From contig JAQWDH010000003.1 in the NCBI GenBank assembly GCA_028705565.1, positions 9,371-73,370 of the forward strand: DNA of 64,000 nt. Reading direction: 5' to 3'. Both the position numbers and the translations under genes were made by a program. Below the pieces are notes generated by a model, which saw only the letters and a list, made by a program, of their open reading frames with translations, had not been told where the DNA came from and ran no database searches. The DNA comes from Patescibacteria group bacterium. GTDB taxonomy: Bacteria > Patescibacteriota > Patescibacteriia > Magasanikbacterales > GWA2-37-8. Below, one piece after another: positions 8,865-19,595 of the stretch. Every line of letters begins with the position of its first letter. The first letter of the stretch is position 1.

Positions 8865-11084
8865 TTATTTGCTGGCTATGGAAATATCATTGGACGAAAC
8901 CCATTGCGCGATTTTATTTACTTCGTCAAATCTTTTGGCATAATTGGCATCGCCCAAAGTCAAGACAATGAATTGTTTTTTTGTTTTTCTGGATTCTATC
9001 AACATTATCAAACAAGAGCCGGCCTCATCCGTGTATCCGGTTTTACTCGCGATGATTCTGTAATTTCTTCCGCTTTTGTTTATCAATTGATTCGTGCTCG
9101 CGACGCTGTGTTTAACTTTTTTATTTTGTTTGTTGATTCCGTAAAAGACAAAGTTTGTTTTACCGAGGGCGTCCTTTATATTTTTATTTCCAAGCGCCTT
9201 TGTAAATATTTTAAGAAGATCGCGGGCCGTTGATTTATTTTTTTCGTCCAAGCCGGTGACATCCGTTATCTTTGTGTTGTCCGCGCCCCAATTTTTAAGC
9301 CGCGCGTTAATCAATTTGATAAATTCTTTTTCCGAAGAACCTGACGCGGCGACGGACATGCGCGCGAGATTGTTCGCTGAATTTACGAGCATGGCGTTGA
9401 GCGTATCTGAATTTTTAACCTTTTCTCCGATTTTAAGAGCCAAAGTTTTACCTTCGGACGCGAATTTTTTGTCATACGCCGTGGTTTTTTCAAGTTTGGC
9501 GTTTTCAACCATCTCATAAGCGGTGAGGAGTTTCGTTAAGGAAGCGATTGAACGCGGTTCATCAATGTTTTTTCCAGATAGGATTCTTCCGCTCGGGTAT
9601 TCAGCCACGAGATAACTCGGCAGTTTGGTTTTTTTATAAACATCTTCAACCGACGTTTCATTATCTCCTAAAAATTTATTTTTTGACGAGACCAAACTGG
9701 CGTTAAGATAAATCGTTTCTCCCTCTGGTATGTTTAGCAATGTCGTAAGCCTGATTGTTACGAGATTGGATTTTTTGTAGCCCATGGCAGTAAAAGTTTC
9801 CTCGTCGGCTATGCGTCTTTTTTTGTTTTTTTCCATTACATAAATTTTGTTGCTGTCTTTTTGTTGTATTAAAACGCCATCGTTAAACATTATTGGAAAA
9901 ATAGCGGTTTGAAAATTTTTAATATCTTTCAGTTTATGAATTTCTGTCCGCAAGTTTTTAAAATTCACGCTAATCACATCATCGCTTAGAAGCGGATATA
10001 GGATATTGTCTTTAAATAAATAAACAGTGTCGTTAAGGTCGGAAATTTTATACAAAATACCCTGTGGCGGCGCAGTCGTGTCAACTGAAATTATCGGTCC
10101 TTTTTCATAACCATCCAAATCAGCGTCGCTCACATCAATTATTTCCTGCGGGTTGTATCCTAATTTTTTAACCGTTTCTTCGGACGCAAATCGCCGTATC
10201 GTGTCATAATCAGTGAGATATAAACCGGAAGAGGATTTTAATATGGAATAATTTGGAAGCGATATTTCTTTGCCGATTTCGTAATTGCTAAGTTCAGTTT
10301 CATCAACAGTGATTATCAATTCCGGATTGGCTCGCGAAGCGAGAGTAGCCATGCTTTTGAATTTTTTTCGTTTGCCGTCTTTTATCATCCAAACATCGCC
10401 GGTTGTTTCGGATTTTAAAAGCGAGCCGTCCGGATAAACTTGGCTGAACCAAGCGTTCCAGATATTCCAAAAATTAAGATTTCCGTGCAGATGCGGAGTA
10501 TAAGTGTAAAGAAATGCCGTCGCCCAGCTTTGCGGCACGACTTCCTGTTTGTCTATTTTAATCGCCGCGCCTATTTTTTTTACAAACGCGCTTTGTGTAT
10601 TTTCATAATACCAGCGAATGATTCCGGCCGCGCTGTCAACTTGTTTTCCGAAACCCTTGTGTTTTACGACGCTCGGGTTGCTCATACTGCAACTGTCGCA
10701 GACTCCATAACCGGTTGCCCAGTCAAGCTGTTTTTGAGTCGGTTTGTCGTCGGTTATCAAGCTTTGTTCTTTTTGCAAAGTCACCAAAAGAAATTTCGGA
10801 TTGATTTGGTATTTTTGCGCCGCGTCGTAAATAATATCAGTCGCTGTTTTTGATTGTCCTTCAGCGTCGCTTGTTGAGTAGGAGCTTAAATAACTGCCTT
10901 TGTTTTCCAAAAATGTCTGAACGGTCGCGCGGTCCAAACTTTGACTGTCCTGCATCTCCGCGTCAGAGAGAATAAAATGAGGGTTGAATTCAGTTTGCGC
11001 GTTAGCGACAAGAGGAAAAAAAGAAGCAACCGAAAAAATCGCCAACGCGAAAAAAGAAGTCATTTGTTTAACCTTGTTTTTCAT
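8865..11084 (-). CDS. Secreted multidomain protein with C-terminal D-Ala-D-Ala carboxypeptidase (peptidase S11)
   Basis: Signal peptide; SxxK 'SLTK', SxN 'SAN', 'KTGYT'; extra N-terminal and repeat-like domains. Confidence 0.85.
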   Translation of the reverse strand: MKNKVKQMTSFFALAIFSVASFFPLVANAQTEFNPHFILSDAEMQDSQSLDRATVQTFLENKGSYLSSYSTSDAEGQSKTATDIIYDAAQKYQINPKFLLVTLQKEQSLITDDKPTQKQLDWATGYGVCDSCSMSNPSVVKHKGFGKQVDSAAGIIRWYYENTQSAFVKKIGAAIKIDKQEVVPQSWATAFLYTYTPHLHGNLNFWNIWNAWFSQVYPDGSLLKSETTGDVWMIKDGKRKKFKSMATLASRANPELIITVDETELSNYEIGKEISLPNYSILKSSSGLYLTDYDTIRRFASEETVKKLGYNPQEIIDVSDADLDGYEKGPIISVDTTAPPQGILYKISDLNDTVYLFKDNILYPLLSDDVISVNFKNLRTEIHKLKDIKNFQTAIFPIMFNDGVLIQQKDSNKIYVMEKNKKRRIADEETFTAMGYKKSNLVTIRLTTLLNIPEGETIYLNASLVSSKNKFLGDNETSVEDVYKKTKLPSYLVAEYPSGRILSGKNIDEPRSIASLTKLLTAYEMVENAKLEKTTAYDKKFASEGKTLALKIGEKVKNSDTLNAMLVNSANNLARMSVAASGSSEKEFIKLINARLKNWGADNTKITDVTGLDEKNKSTARDLLKIFTKALGNKNIKDALGKTNFVFYGINKQNKKVKHSVASTNQLINKSGRNYRIIASKTGYTDEAGSCLIMLIESRKTKKQFIVLTLGDANYAKRFDEVNKIAQWVSSNDISIASK

Positions 11085-11172
11085 AAGTGTTTGAAATTAT
11101 TATAACACAATTTCAAATGAAAAAATAGGCAAATTTAGTCAAAATAGTCAATGGTTTTGTCAATGGTTTAAT

Positions 11173-11229
11173 TTGACAAAACCGTTTATTTTGAGTTATT
11201 ATTGCTCATATCTTACAAAGGAGGAAAAA
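11173..11229 (+). promoter_or_regulatory. Promoter and strong SD of orphan module 2
   Basis: TTGACA(11173)-18-TATTAT(11197); CAAAGGAGGAAAAA before ATG 11230; no clear boxA. Confidence 0.55.
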
Positions 11230-11592
11230 ATGACCGCGATAGGAGAAGAAAGATTTAGTTCTTTAATAAAAGGTTCTTTGATTATCAGTAGAAAGGGGAC
11301 AAGAGAGTGGTTAGAAAAAAATTTTGAAAATAATTACGGATTCTTAGAAATTTTTGAAAAAGAATTGGGGGACAGGAGTATCTGGACATTTTATTTTTCA
11401 AAAAATGTTTTCGTGGTAAAGTCAATTTTTCTTTTTGGTTTTAGTTTGAATTTTAGGGAGTATAAAGAAAGGGAAGGTTGGCGTTATGGAAAAGTCAACA
11501 TTTATAACATAAAAGAGCTGGAAAAAATTCCAAAGGATATTTGGGGTGAAATGGATAAACACCTCAAAAAAATAAACAATATTTTTTTCTAA
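11230..11592 (+). CDS. Hypothetical protein (orphan)
   Basis: Own promoter, SD and terminator; ATG 11230 preferred over TTG 11173. Confidence 0.7.
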   Translation: MTAIGEERFSSLIKGSLIISRKGTREWLEKNFENNYGFLEIFEKELGDRSIWTFYFSKNVFVVKSIFLFGFSLNFREYKEREGWRYGKVNIYNIKELEKIPKDIWGEMDKHLKKINNIFF

Positions 11593-11606
11593 TTGACGCT
11601 TAAATC

Positions 11607-11641
11607 AAAACCGTCCAGGGTTTGGCAAGGACGGTTTTTTT
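11607..11641. terminator. Bidirectional intrinsic terminator between the orphan gene and clpB
   Basis: AAAACCGTCC-N12-GGACGGTTTTTTT. Confidence 0.75.
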
Positions 11642-11662
11642 AATTGAATTTTTTGGAAAAAA

Positions 11663-14299
11663 TTATTTTACTTCCAATGTGATTTTTCCTTTTTTAGCGT
11701 CAATCACTGCTGTATCGCAGTCTTTTATTTCTTTTTCTATTATACGCAAAGCGAGCTTGTCCAGAATTTCGTTTTGTATAACTCGTTTTAGCGGACGCGC
11801 GCCATAATTCGGGTCGTATCCGGTTTTAGCGAGATAATCTTTCGCTGCCGAAGAAATTTTAATTGATATTTTTTTATTGTTCAGTCGTTTTTGCAATTTT
11901 TCAATCTGCAAATCAACGATTTTTTCAATCATTTTTTTCGTGAGAGAATGAAAAACAATAATTTCATCAACGCGATTCAAAAATTCCGGCTTGAAATGAT
12001 TTTGCAGCTCTTCTTTTATTTTGGCTTCAATTTTTTCTTCAATTTTATCGTCTTTTTTTCCGTTTCCTTCGGAAAATCCCAATTCCCCGCGCTCGCTCAT
12101 TTCTAAAAGCATGGAGCTGCCTATATTTGAAGTCATAATAATCACCGTGTTTTTAAAATTGACTTTTCTGCCTTTCGCGTCGGTAACATGTCCATCGTCC
12201 AAAATTTGCAAAAGTATGTTAAAAACATCCGGATGAGCTTTTTCAATTTCATCAAAAAGTATCACTGAATACGGGCGGCGGCGGACGATTTCCGTGAGTT
12301 GTCCGCCTTCTTCATATCCTACATACCCGGGAGGGGAGCCAATGATCTTTGAGATGCTGTGTTTTTCCATATATTCGCTCATGTCAACTCGCACCAGCGC
12401 GTCTTCCGTGTCAAACATAAATTCAGCAAGCGCTTTGGCGAGTTCGGTTTTGCCGACACCTGTCGGTCCGAGAAAAATAAACGAGCCGATAGGACGATTC
12501 GGTTCGGAAACACCGGCGCGCGAACGGCGAATGGCATTTGTAACCGATTCAATGGCTTTTACTTGTCCGACGACTCGCGCGGAAATAACTTCTTCCATGC
12601 GCGCGAGTTTATTAGATTCGTTTTCCAGCATTTTTGACACTGGAATTCCGGTCCAACGCGCCACGACAGCCGCGATATCTTCGTTCATGACCTCTTCTTT
12701 CAACATCCCGTGTTTTTTTTGAATTTCGTTTAGTTTTTTTTCTTTATTTTTAATATCTTTTTCTAAATTCGGTATTTCGCCATAGCGAATCTCGGCAACT
12801 TTTTGCAAATCGCCTTTTCTTTCTTCTATTTCCGCTTTTTGTTTTAATTTGTCTATTAGTTTTTTTGATTCGTGAATTTCAGAGATAAGCGATTTCTCAT
12901 TTTTCCATTGCATTCCCAAGCCGGATTCTTTTTCTTTCAAATTTGCCAGGTCGCGTTCTATCTTTTTTAACCTGTCTTTCGCTTCGTTGTCTTTTTCTTT
13001 CGCGAGCGCGCGTTTTTCTATTTCCAATTTTATTATCACTCGTTTTATTTTATCCAATTCATCAGGCATGGAATCAATTTGCATCCTCAAACCTGACGCG
13101 GCTTCATCTATAAGATCAATCGCTTTATCCGGTAAAAATCTGTCGGTAATGTAACGTTCAGAAAGTTCAACGGCCGAGATAATCGCCGAGTCAGTGATTC
13201 TAACCCCGTGATGCACTTCGTATTTTTCTTTAATTCCGCGTAAAATCGCGATTGTGTCTTCTGCGCTTGGTTCGTTCACCATTACAGGCTGGAATCTTCG
13301 TTCCAGCGCCGCGTCTTTTTCAATGTGTTTTTGGTATTCTTTAAGCGTTGTCGCTCCTATCATATGCAATTCGCCTCTGGCTAAAGCGGGTTTTAATATG
13401 TTTGCCGCGTCCATAGCGCCTTCGGAAGCTCCGGCGCCAACGATTGTGTGAAGTTCATCCACAAAAAGAATAATTTTACCCGCCGCTTTGTCAACTTCTT
13501 TGATGACGGCTTTCACTCTTTCTTCAAATTCTCCGCGGAATTTAGTTCCGGCCAAAAGGGAACCGATGTCAAGAACAATCAGATCTTTGTCGCGTAAAAA
13601 TTCCGGCACATCTCCATTGACAATACGTTGCGCCAACCCCTCCGCGATTGCGGTTTTTCCGGTTCCAGGTTCGCCGATAAGCACGGGATTGTTTTTTGTT
13701 CTGCGCGAAAGTATCTGCATCACTCGGCGGATTTCCTCGTCGCGTCCGATGACAGGGTCTATTTTTTCTTTGCGCGCGAGGTCGGTTAAATTTTTGCCGT
13801 ATTTTTGTAGAGCGTTGTATTTGCTTTCCGGCTCCGGCGAATCAACTTTTTGCGTTCCGCGGATTGAAGCTAAAATTTTTAAAATTTCGTCGTAGGTCGC
13901 TCCGTAATTATTTAAAATTACGCTTATCGGATTGCGTCCCGAAATCATAGCCAAAAGCAAATGTTCAACGCTGATATATTCGTCTCCCATTTTTTTTGCT
14001 TCCGCGTTCGCTGTTTGAAACATTGACGCCGTGGCTTGTCCCAAATAAATTTGTCCGGTTTGTCCAGCGGCAAACGCCTGCTGCTTTGGCAATTTTTTGA
14101 TTAAAGATTGGATATCCGTTTGCAGATGGTTGATTGGAACATTAAGTTTTTGAAAAATAGAAACTACAACACCGGTCTCGTCTTCTATAAGAGAAGCAAG
14201 GATGTGCGGCGGGTCAACTTGTTGTTGCCCGTTTTCAGCGGCGATTTGCGCCGCTCTTTGTATCGCTTCCTGCGATTTATTTGTAAAATTTTGAGGCAT
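11663..14299 (-). CDS. clpB: ATP-dependent disaggregase ClpB
   Basis: Two AAA+ modules ([16 protein letters not shown]); long coiled-coil M domain; 878 aa. Confidence 0.96.
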   Translation of the reverse strand: MPQNFTNKSQEAIQRAAQIAAENGQQQVDPPHILASLIEDETGVVVSIFQKLNVPINHLQTDIQSLIKKLPKQQAFAAGQTGQIYLGQATASMFQTANAEAKKMGDEYISVEHLLLAMISGRNPISVILNNYGATYDEILKILASIRGTQKVDSPEPESKYNALQKYGKNLTDLARKEKIDPVIGRDEEIRRVMQILSRRTKNNPVLIGEPGTGKTAIAEGLAQRIVNGDVPEFLRDKDLIVLDIGSLLAGTKFRGEFEERVKAVIKEVDKAAGKIILFVDELHTIVGAGASEGAMDAANILKPALARGELHMIGATTLKEYQKHIEKDAALERRFQPVMVNEPSAEDTIAILRGIKEKYEVHHGVRITDSAIISAVELSERYITDRFLPDKAIDLIDEAASGLRMQIDSMPDELDKIKRVIIKLEIEKRALAKEKDNEAKDRLKKIERDLANLKEKESGLGMQWKNEKSLISEIHESKKLIDKLKQKAEIEERKGDLQKVAEIRYGEIPNLEKDIKNKEKKLNEIQKKHGMLKEEVMNEDIAAVVARWTGIPVSKMLENESNKLARMEEVISARVVGQVKAIESVTNAIRRSRAGVSEPNRPIGSFIFLGPTGVGKTELAKALAEFMFDTEDALVRVDMSEYMEKHSISKIIGSPPGYVGYEEGGQLTEIVRRRPYSVILFDEIEKAHPDVFNILLQILDDGHVTDAKGRKVNFKNTVIIMTSNIGSSMLLEMSERGELGFSEGNGKKDDKIEEKIEAKIKEELQNHFKPEFLNRVDEIIVFHSLTKKMIEKIVDLQIEKLQKRLNNKKISIKISSAAKDYLAKTGYDPNYGARPLKRVIQNEILDKLALRIIEKEIKDCDTAVIDAKKGKITLEVK

Positions 14300-14324
14300 A
14301 AAATAAAAGTTATTTAATGTAAAT

Positions 14325-14351
14325 TTATCACTCTAATTGCGAGAGTGATAA
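14325..14351. promoter_or_regulatory. CIRCE-like HrcA operator upstream of clpB
   Basis: TTATCACTC-N9-GAGTGATAA vs consensus TTAGCACTC-N9-GAGTGCTAA; overlaps minus-strand TTGACA(14377)-18-TATTAT promoter. Confidence 0.8.
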
Positions 14352-14568
14352 TATCATATTTTGGCGGAGGTTGTCAAATGGTCTTGACAAAATACCCCGC
14401 GACAATTGGTTCGTGGTCGGGTTTATTTCTAAATTTTGCGCTAAATAAACTTTGTCAATATCCGCGCTGTTTGCTATAATGGGACTGTCGTTGAATGATA
14501 ACAATTGGAGTTTACCTCGTCGGATGACGGGGCGGGAATGACAAAAGACAACAATTGCCGCAAGTCCT

Positions 14569-15318
14569 ATGAAGCGATATTTTTTGGAAGTAAAATTAGA
14601 CGATACATCAAAAGAAGATGCAACTGAAAAAGTTGTCGGTTTTTTGTTCGGCGAAAAACAAAATATGATTTTTACGCCCAATCCGGAAATGATAGTAAAA
14701 GCGCAAAAAGATTTGTATTTTAAAGAAGTATTGAATAAAGGCGATTTGAATTTGTGCGATGGCGCCGGCTTGGCGTTGGCGACCGGCATAAAAAGAATCC
14801 CTGGTGTTGATTTTATGATGGAAATTTGTAAAATCGCCGAAAAAAAGAACAAAAGCGTTTATTTGCTGGGGACCGGTGATGATAAAATTATAAAAAAAAC
14901 AGCTGATAATTTGATTAAATCATTTCCAAAATTGAGAGTCGTTGGCTTTGACATCGGGCCGGAAATTGAAGAATCGGGTGTTAATAATTATGAATTAAGA
15001 ATTATAAATAACGATGCGATTGTTGAAAAAATAAACAAAGTTATGCCGGATGTTTTGTTTGTCGCGTTCGGAATGGGAAAGCAGGAAAAATGGATAAATG
15101 AAAATTTGAGGAAACTGCCAAGCGTTAAAATGGCAATGGGCGTTGGCGGCGCGTTTGATTATATTTCCGGCGTTATTCCGCGAGCGCCTTTATTTTTACG
15201 CAGAATTGGTTTAGAATGGCTGTACAGGATGATAAGACAGCCGAACCGAATCGGCAGGATATTTAACGCAACTGTTGTTTTTATTTTTTTCTTAATAAAA
15301 AATAAATTTAAAAAATGA
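14569..15318 (+). CDS. WecB/TagA/CpsF family glycosyltransferase (GT26)
   Basis: 'FTPNPE', 'DGAGL', 'RIPGVDF', 'GVGGAFD', 'LEWLYR'. Confidence 0.93.
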   Translation: MKRYFLEVKLDDTSKEDATEKVVGFLFGEKQNMIFTPNPEMIVKAQKDLYFKEVLNKGDLNLCDGAGLALATGIKRIPGVDFMMEICKIAEKKNKSVYLLGTGDDKIIKKTADNLIKSFPKLRVVGFDIGPEIEESGVNNYELRIINNDAIVEKINKVMPDVLFVAFGMGKQEKWINENLRKLPSVKMAMGVGGAFDYISGVIPRAPLFLRRIGLEWLYRMIRQPNRIGRIFNATVVFIFFLIKNKFKK

Positions 15319-15335
15319 TAATTAAAAAATCAAAT

Positions 15336-16838
15336 ATGATTATAACTCGTTTTGCTCCCAGTCCGACCGGATATTTGCATATCGGAGGTTTGCGCACAGC
15401 GCTCTATTCATATTTAATCGCCAAACAAAGCAATGGCAAGTTTTTATTGCGAATAGAAGACACGGACAGGGAAAGATTTGTAGCCGACGGAGTTTTAAAT
15501 ATTTTAAAATCTTTGTATTGGGCCGGAATAATTCCCGATGAAGGAGTAAAACTTGACTGTGAATCAATCGTTGGCGAATGCGCCGCTACGCAAGAAGGGG
15601 AGAGCGGACCGTATGTTCAGTCCGAGCGTTTGGAAATTTATCAAAAATATGCCGATGAGTTGATTGAAAAAGGATTTGCTTATTATTGTTTTTGCGCGCA
15701 GGAAAGATTGGAAGAATTGCGTAAAAAACAGCAAGAAAACAAACAGGCGACGGGATACGACGGGCATTGTCGCGAAGTTGACATTAAAGAAGCAAAAAAG
15801 AAAATAGCGAACGGAGAAAAATACGCGGTGAGAATGAAAATGCCGAAAAACGGAGTAACGATTTTTCAAGATTTGATTCGCGGAGAAGTGTCATTTAAAA
15901 ATGAACTGGTTGACGACCAGGTAATTTTAAAATCAGATGGTTTTCCGACATATCATTTGGCAGTGGTTGTGGACGACCATTTGATGGGCATTACTCATAT
16001 CATAAGAGGCGAGGAGTGGCTTTCAAGCGTTCCGAAGCATATTCAACTTTATAAATATCTCGGTTGGGAACCGCCAAAATTTGCTCATTTACCCCTGCTT
16101 TTAAATTCCGACAAATCAAAACTTAGCAAGAGACAAGGGGATGTTTCCGTGAGCGATTATATCAAAAAAGGGTATCTGCCGGAAGCGTTGATAAATTTTG
16201 TCGCTTTTCTCGGCTGGAATCCCGGAGGCGAGAAAGAAATATTTTCTTTAGACGAACTTGCCAAAGAATTCAGTTTGGAAAAAGTCGGTAAAGCCGGGGC
16301 TGTTTTTAATCTGCAAAAATTGGATTGGTACAATCAACAATATATCCGCCGTTTGGCTCCTAGAGAATTTGTAGCGCGCGCGTTGCCATTTTTGGCTGAT
16401 GGAAAATTATTGACAGAACCGAAGATTGAAAACGAGGAACACGAAAAACGGCTGGAAAAAATTTTAGGATTGGAAAGAGAAAGAATCACGACTCTGTCAG
16501 AATTGCCGGAAATGATAAGATTCGCGTTTGAATTGCCTGATTATGAATCGGAACTTTTGGTTTGGAAAAAAAGCTCGGCCGAGGAAGCTAAAAACGCGCT
16601 TTCGGAAGTTAAAGAATATCTGAATAAATTCAGCGTTCAAGAGTGGACAAAAAATAATTTGGAACAGAAGACAGGGGAGTGGATTAAAGAAAAAGGGTAT
16701 GGCAATGGCGTTGTTTTATGGCCTTTGCGAGTAAGCTTATCAGGACAAAAAGATTCGCCGGGGCCGTTTGAAATTATGGACGCGCTTGAAAAAGAAGAAA
16801 GCATAATCCGTCTTGAAACGGCCATCGCTAAATTTTGA
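15336..16838 (+). CDS. gltX: Glutamate--tRNA ligase
   Basis: 'TRFAPSPTGYLHIGG', 'KLSKR'; start 15336 or 15315. Confidence 0.97.
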   Translation: MIITRFAPSPTGYLHIGGLRTALYSYLIAKQSNGKFLLRIEDTDRERFVADGVLNILKSLYWAGIIPDEGVKLDCESIVGECAATQEGESGPYVQSERLEIYQKYADELIEKGFAYYCFCAQERLEELRKKQQENKQATGYDGHCREVDIKEAKKKIANGEKYAVRMKMPKNGVTIFQDLIRGEVSFKNELVDDQVILKSDGFPTYHLAVVVDDHLMGITHIIRGEEWLSSVPKHIQLYKYLGWEPPKFAHLPLLLNSDKSKLSKRQGDVSVSDYIKKGYLPEALINFVAFLGWNPGGEKEIFSLDELAKEFSLEKVGKAGAVFNLQKLDWYNQQYIRRLAPREFVARALPFLADGKLLTEPKIENEEHEKRLEKILGLERERITTLSELPEMIRFAFELPDYESELLVWKKSSAEEAKNALSEVKEYLNKFSVQEWTKNNLEQKTGEWIKEKGYGNGVVLWPLRVSLSGQKDSPGPFEIMDALEKEESIIRLETAIAKF

Positions 16839-16896
16839 GATGAACGATTTTCGTTATTCGGCGACAGTCCCGGAAGTTCTCCGTGTCATTTGTCCG

Positions 16897-16932
16897 TTGA
16901 CCGTTGTCCACTGACCATTATATAATACAGTC
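16897..16932 (+). promoter_or_regulatory. Promoter predicting a leaderless mRNA
   Basis: TTGACC(16897)-18-TATAAT(16921), then only 6 nt to ATG 16933. Confidence 0.6.
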
Positions 16933-18174
16933 ATGCGAAAAATAATATTTTTTTTCTCAATTATTATCGCGTTGGCAGCCGGTTTATTATTTAAGCCGGA
17001 TTTTGCGTTTGCCTCGGAAGTCGGCGGAAGCAAGGAAGAAATAGATGAATTGAATCAACAAATAAATCAGCGCAAAGACAAAATAAAACAGTTGGAAGAA
17101 ACAATCGGCAAATATCAAAAAAATATAGACGAGAAGCGTTTGGAGGCAGTATCTTTAAAAAATCAGATGAGTATTTTGGACAACAGAACGGCGCAAGTCG
17201 AAGCTGATATTGAATTGACAAAAGAAAAAATAAATGAAGCGCGTTTGGAAATTGAGGCGCTTGAGTTGACAATTAAAGAAAAAGAGACCGCGATAGCGAG
17301 ACAAAAAAGAATCATCATAAAAATAATGCAAAATGTCAACGCGCAGGACCAAAAGAGTTATTTGGAGATTCTTTTGACTAATAAAAGTTTTTCCGATTTT
17401 TACAACCAAGTTCAATATCTGGAAAACATTTACACGGATTTGGGAAGTTCAATAAAATTATTGCGGCTGATGAAAGAAGACTTGGAAGCGAAAAAAAAGC
17501 AGATTGAAGACAAAAAAACGCTTTACGAGCAACTGAAAAAAGATTTGGAAGAGAAAAAAAACAATTTAAAAGAACAGACAAACATAAAACAAAATTTGTT
17601 GGCGCAAACGCATTCGTCAGAGTTAAAATACAGGACTCTTTTGTCAAGTTTAAAACAACAATATCAGGCGGTTGAGAATGAAGTGAGAAATTATGAAGAG
17701 CAGGTGCGTAAAAAATTGGCAGAGGAAGAAAAATTCAAACAATTGCAGGAAGCCGGCAGTGTTATTTTATCGTGGCCTGTTTTGGGGCGGTACATCACTT
17801 CTATTTTTCACGACCCGGATTATCCGTATCGCAATGTATTTGAGCACAGCGGAATAGATATTCGTTCTCCGCAAGGTTCTCCTGTAAAGGCCGCGGCCGC
17901 TGGTTATGTGGCTCGAGCCAAGAGATGTTCAAATTCATCTTGCTACAGTTATGTGCTCATAGTGCACACTGGCGATATATCCACGCTTTACGGACACTTG
18001 AGTACTGTTTTGGTGGAAGCCGACCAGTTTGTAAATAGGGGAGATATTATAGGTTATAGCGGAGGCACGCCAGGCACTGTTGGAGCCGGACCGTTCGTTA
18101 CCGGTCCTCATTTGCATTTTGAAACGCGTTTAAACGGGATTCCGGTTGATCCAAGAAGATATTTGGCTGATTAG
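16933..18174 (+). CDS. Secreted coiled-coil M23 peptidase (EnvC/MepM-like)
   Basis: Signal peptide; long coiled coil; intact zinc motifs 'HSGID' and 'HLH'. Confidence 0.92.
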   Translation: MRKIIFFFSIIIALAAGLLFKPDFAFASEVGGSKEEIDELNQQINQRKDKIKQLEETIGKYQKNIDEKRLEAVSLKNQMSILDNRTAQVEADIELTKEKINEARLEIEALELTIKEKETAIARQKRIIIKIMQNVNAQDQKSYLEILLTNKSFSDFYNQVQYLENIYTDLGSSIKLLRLMKEDLEAKKKQIEDKKTLYEQLKKDLEEKKNNLKEQTNIKQNLLAQTHSSELKYRTLLSSLKQQYQAVENEVRNYEEQVRKKLAEEEKFKQLQEAGSVILSWPVLGRYITSIFHDPDYPYRNVFEHSGIDIRSPQGSPVKAAAAGYVARAKRCSNSSCYSYVLIVHTGDISTLYGHLSTVLVEADQFVNRGDIIGYSGGTPGTVGAGPFVTGPHLHFETRLNGIPVDPRRYLAD

Positions 18175-18215
18175 ATATGATGTCATCCTTAAAATAATTA
18201 TCAATATTTATAGAT

Positions 18216-19202
18216 ATGCCAAAAAATAAGAAAATAAAAATCGGCGTTCTGATGGGTGGACCGTCAACGGAAAGAGAGGTGTCGTTCGTAACCGGAAAAG
18301 CGGTTTGCGATAATTTGGATAAAAATAAATATCAAATTTTTCCGATTGAGATGTCAAAATCCGGTGAATTTTTTTTATTAAAAAATGAAAAAAAAGAGTT
18401 GTTTGATATTTTTAAAAATAAAAAAAAGTTTGACATAATATTTATCGCGATGCATGGGGCTTACGGAGAAGACGGGTGCGCGCAAGGTATGCTACAAACA
18501 TTGGGAATTCGTTATACCGGTTCCGGGGTTTTGGCAAGCGCCGTTGGCATGGACAAAATCAAATCCAATGAACTTTATGAAATCGGCGGACTTTCGGTTC
18601 CGAAATTTATTTATTTCAATAAAAACGAATGGAAAAAATTAAAAGATGAAACTTTGGAAAAAATTAAAATAAAAATCGGTATGCCGGTTGTGATAAAACC
18701 GGTTGACCAAGGTTCAAGCGTCGGGGTATTTATTATTAAAGAAGAAAAAGAAATAAAAAAAGCCGTTGAAGCGGCGTTTAAATACTCAAATTTTATAATG
18801 GCGCAGGCGTTCATAAAAGGCGAAGAAGCGACTTGTGGGGTCTTAGAGAGCGGGGGAGAGCCGTTCGCTTTGCCCCCGACGCGCATTAAAGCGAATATTG
18901 GAGAATTTTACGATTATAAATCAAAATATAAAACCGGCGGTTCAACGCATATTTGTCCGGCGGATTTTTCTTCTGAAACGAATAAAAAAATTCAAGAAAT
19001 GGCGGTGAAAGCGCATAAAATTTTAGGATGCCGAGGAATGTCGCGCACAGATTTTATAGTTTCCGAAGACGGAAAAATTTATGTTTTGGAAACCAATACT
19101 ATCCCGGGAATGACGCCAATGAGCTTATTGCCCGAAGCCGCCGGCAAAGTCGGTATAGGCTTTGCCAAGATGCTGGACTTGATTGTAAAAGCGAGCTTGT
19201 AA
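18216..19202 (+). CDS. ddl: D-alanine--D-alanine ligase
   Basis: 'MGGPSTEREVS', 'HGAYGEDG', 'GSSVG', 'YDYKSKY', 'ETNTIPG'. Confidence 0.97.
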   Translation: MPKNKKIKIGVLMGGPSTEREVSFVTGKAVCDNLDKNKYQIFPIEMSKSGEFFLLKNEKKELFDIFKNKKKFDIIFIAMHGAYGEDGCAQGMLQTLGIRYTGSGVLASAVGMDKIKSNELYEIGGLSVPKFIYFNKNEWKKLKDETLEKIKIKIGMPVVIKPVDQGSSVGVFIIKEEKEIKKAVEAAFKYSNFIMAQAFIKGEEATCGVLESGGEPFALPPTRIKANIGEFYDYKSKYKTGGSTHICPADFSSETNKKIQEMAVKAHKILGCRGMSRTDFIVSEDGKIYVLETNTIPGMTPMSLLPEAAGKVGIGFAKMLDLIVKASL

Positions 19203-19216
19203 AATTAAATTTTAAA

Positions 19217-19239
19217 AGGACTGTGAAATTCACAGTCCT
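19217..19239. terminator. Inverted repeat between convergent ddl and orphan module 3
   Basis: AGGACTGTGAA-A-TTCACAGTCCT. Confidence 0.65.
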
Positions 19240-19264
19240 GTTGTTTCTTTGTTCCTTAAAAAAA

Positions 19265-19564
19265 CTAATAAATGGAAAATTTTTCTTTATTGTGAAATAA
19301 GAAAATTTTTCCTATTTTCCATTCATTCTCCGTACTTTTTAATTTACTGTGGGATAAATAAATACCCACTTTTTCTTCTCCATTAATTTTTATCTTTGTA
19401 ATCCTCAAAACCGGAAAGAATGTCTGATCGAGCTTGGGTTTTTCAAGCTCAAAATTAATTACATTATACCCTTTGTACTGGGTATTTTTAATTTTTATTT
19501 CTGAAGAGAAAAAAGGTCGTATATTTTTTTTTATTTCTTCCAACAAAAAATTTAAATTTTTCAT
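19265..19564 (-). CDS. Hypothetical protein (orphan)
   Basis: SD AAAAAGGAGGT preceded by mini hairpin GTC-GAAAA-GAC. Confidence 0.7.
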   Translation of the reverse strand: MKNLNFLLEEIKKNIRPFFSSEIKIKNTQYKGYNVINFELEKPKLDQTFFPVLRITKIKINGEEKVGIYLSHSKLKSTENEWKIGKIFLFHNKEKFSIY

Positions 19565-19595
19565 CCCTACCTCCTTTTTGTCTTTTCGACGGTTT

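Noticed and set aside
14328-14852. 174-aa minus-strand ORF and the many other antisense or overlapping ORFs
   Set aside because: Shadows of well-supported genes on the other strand or frame, with no recognisable motifs
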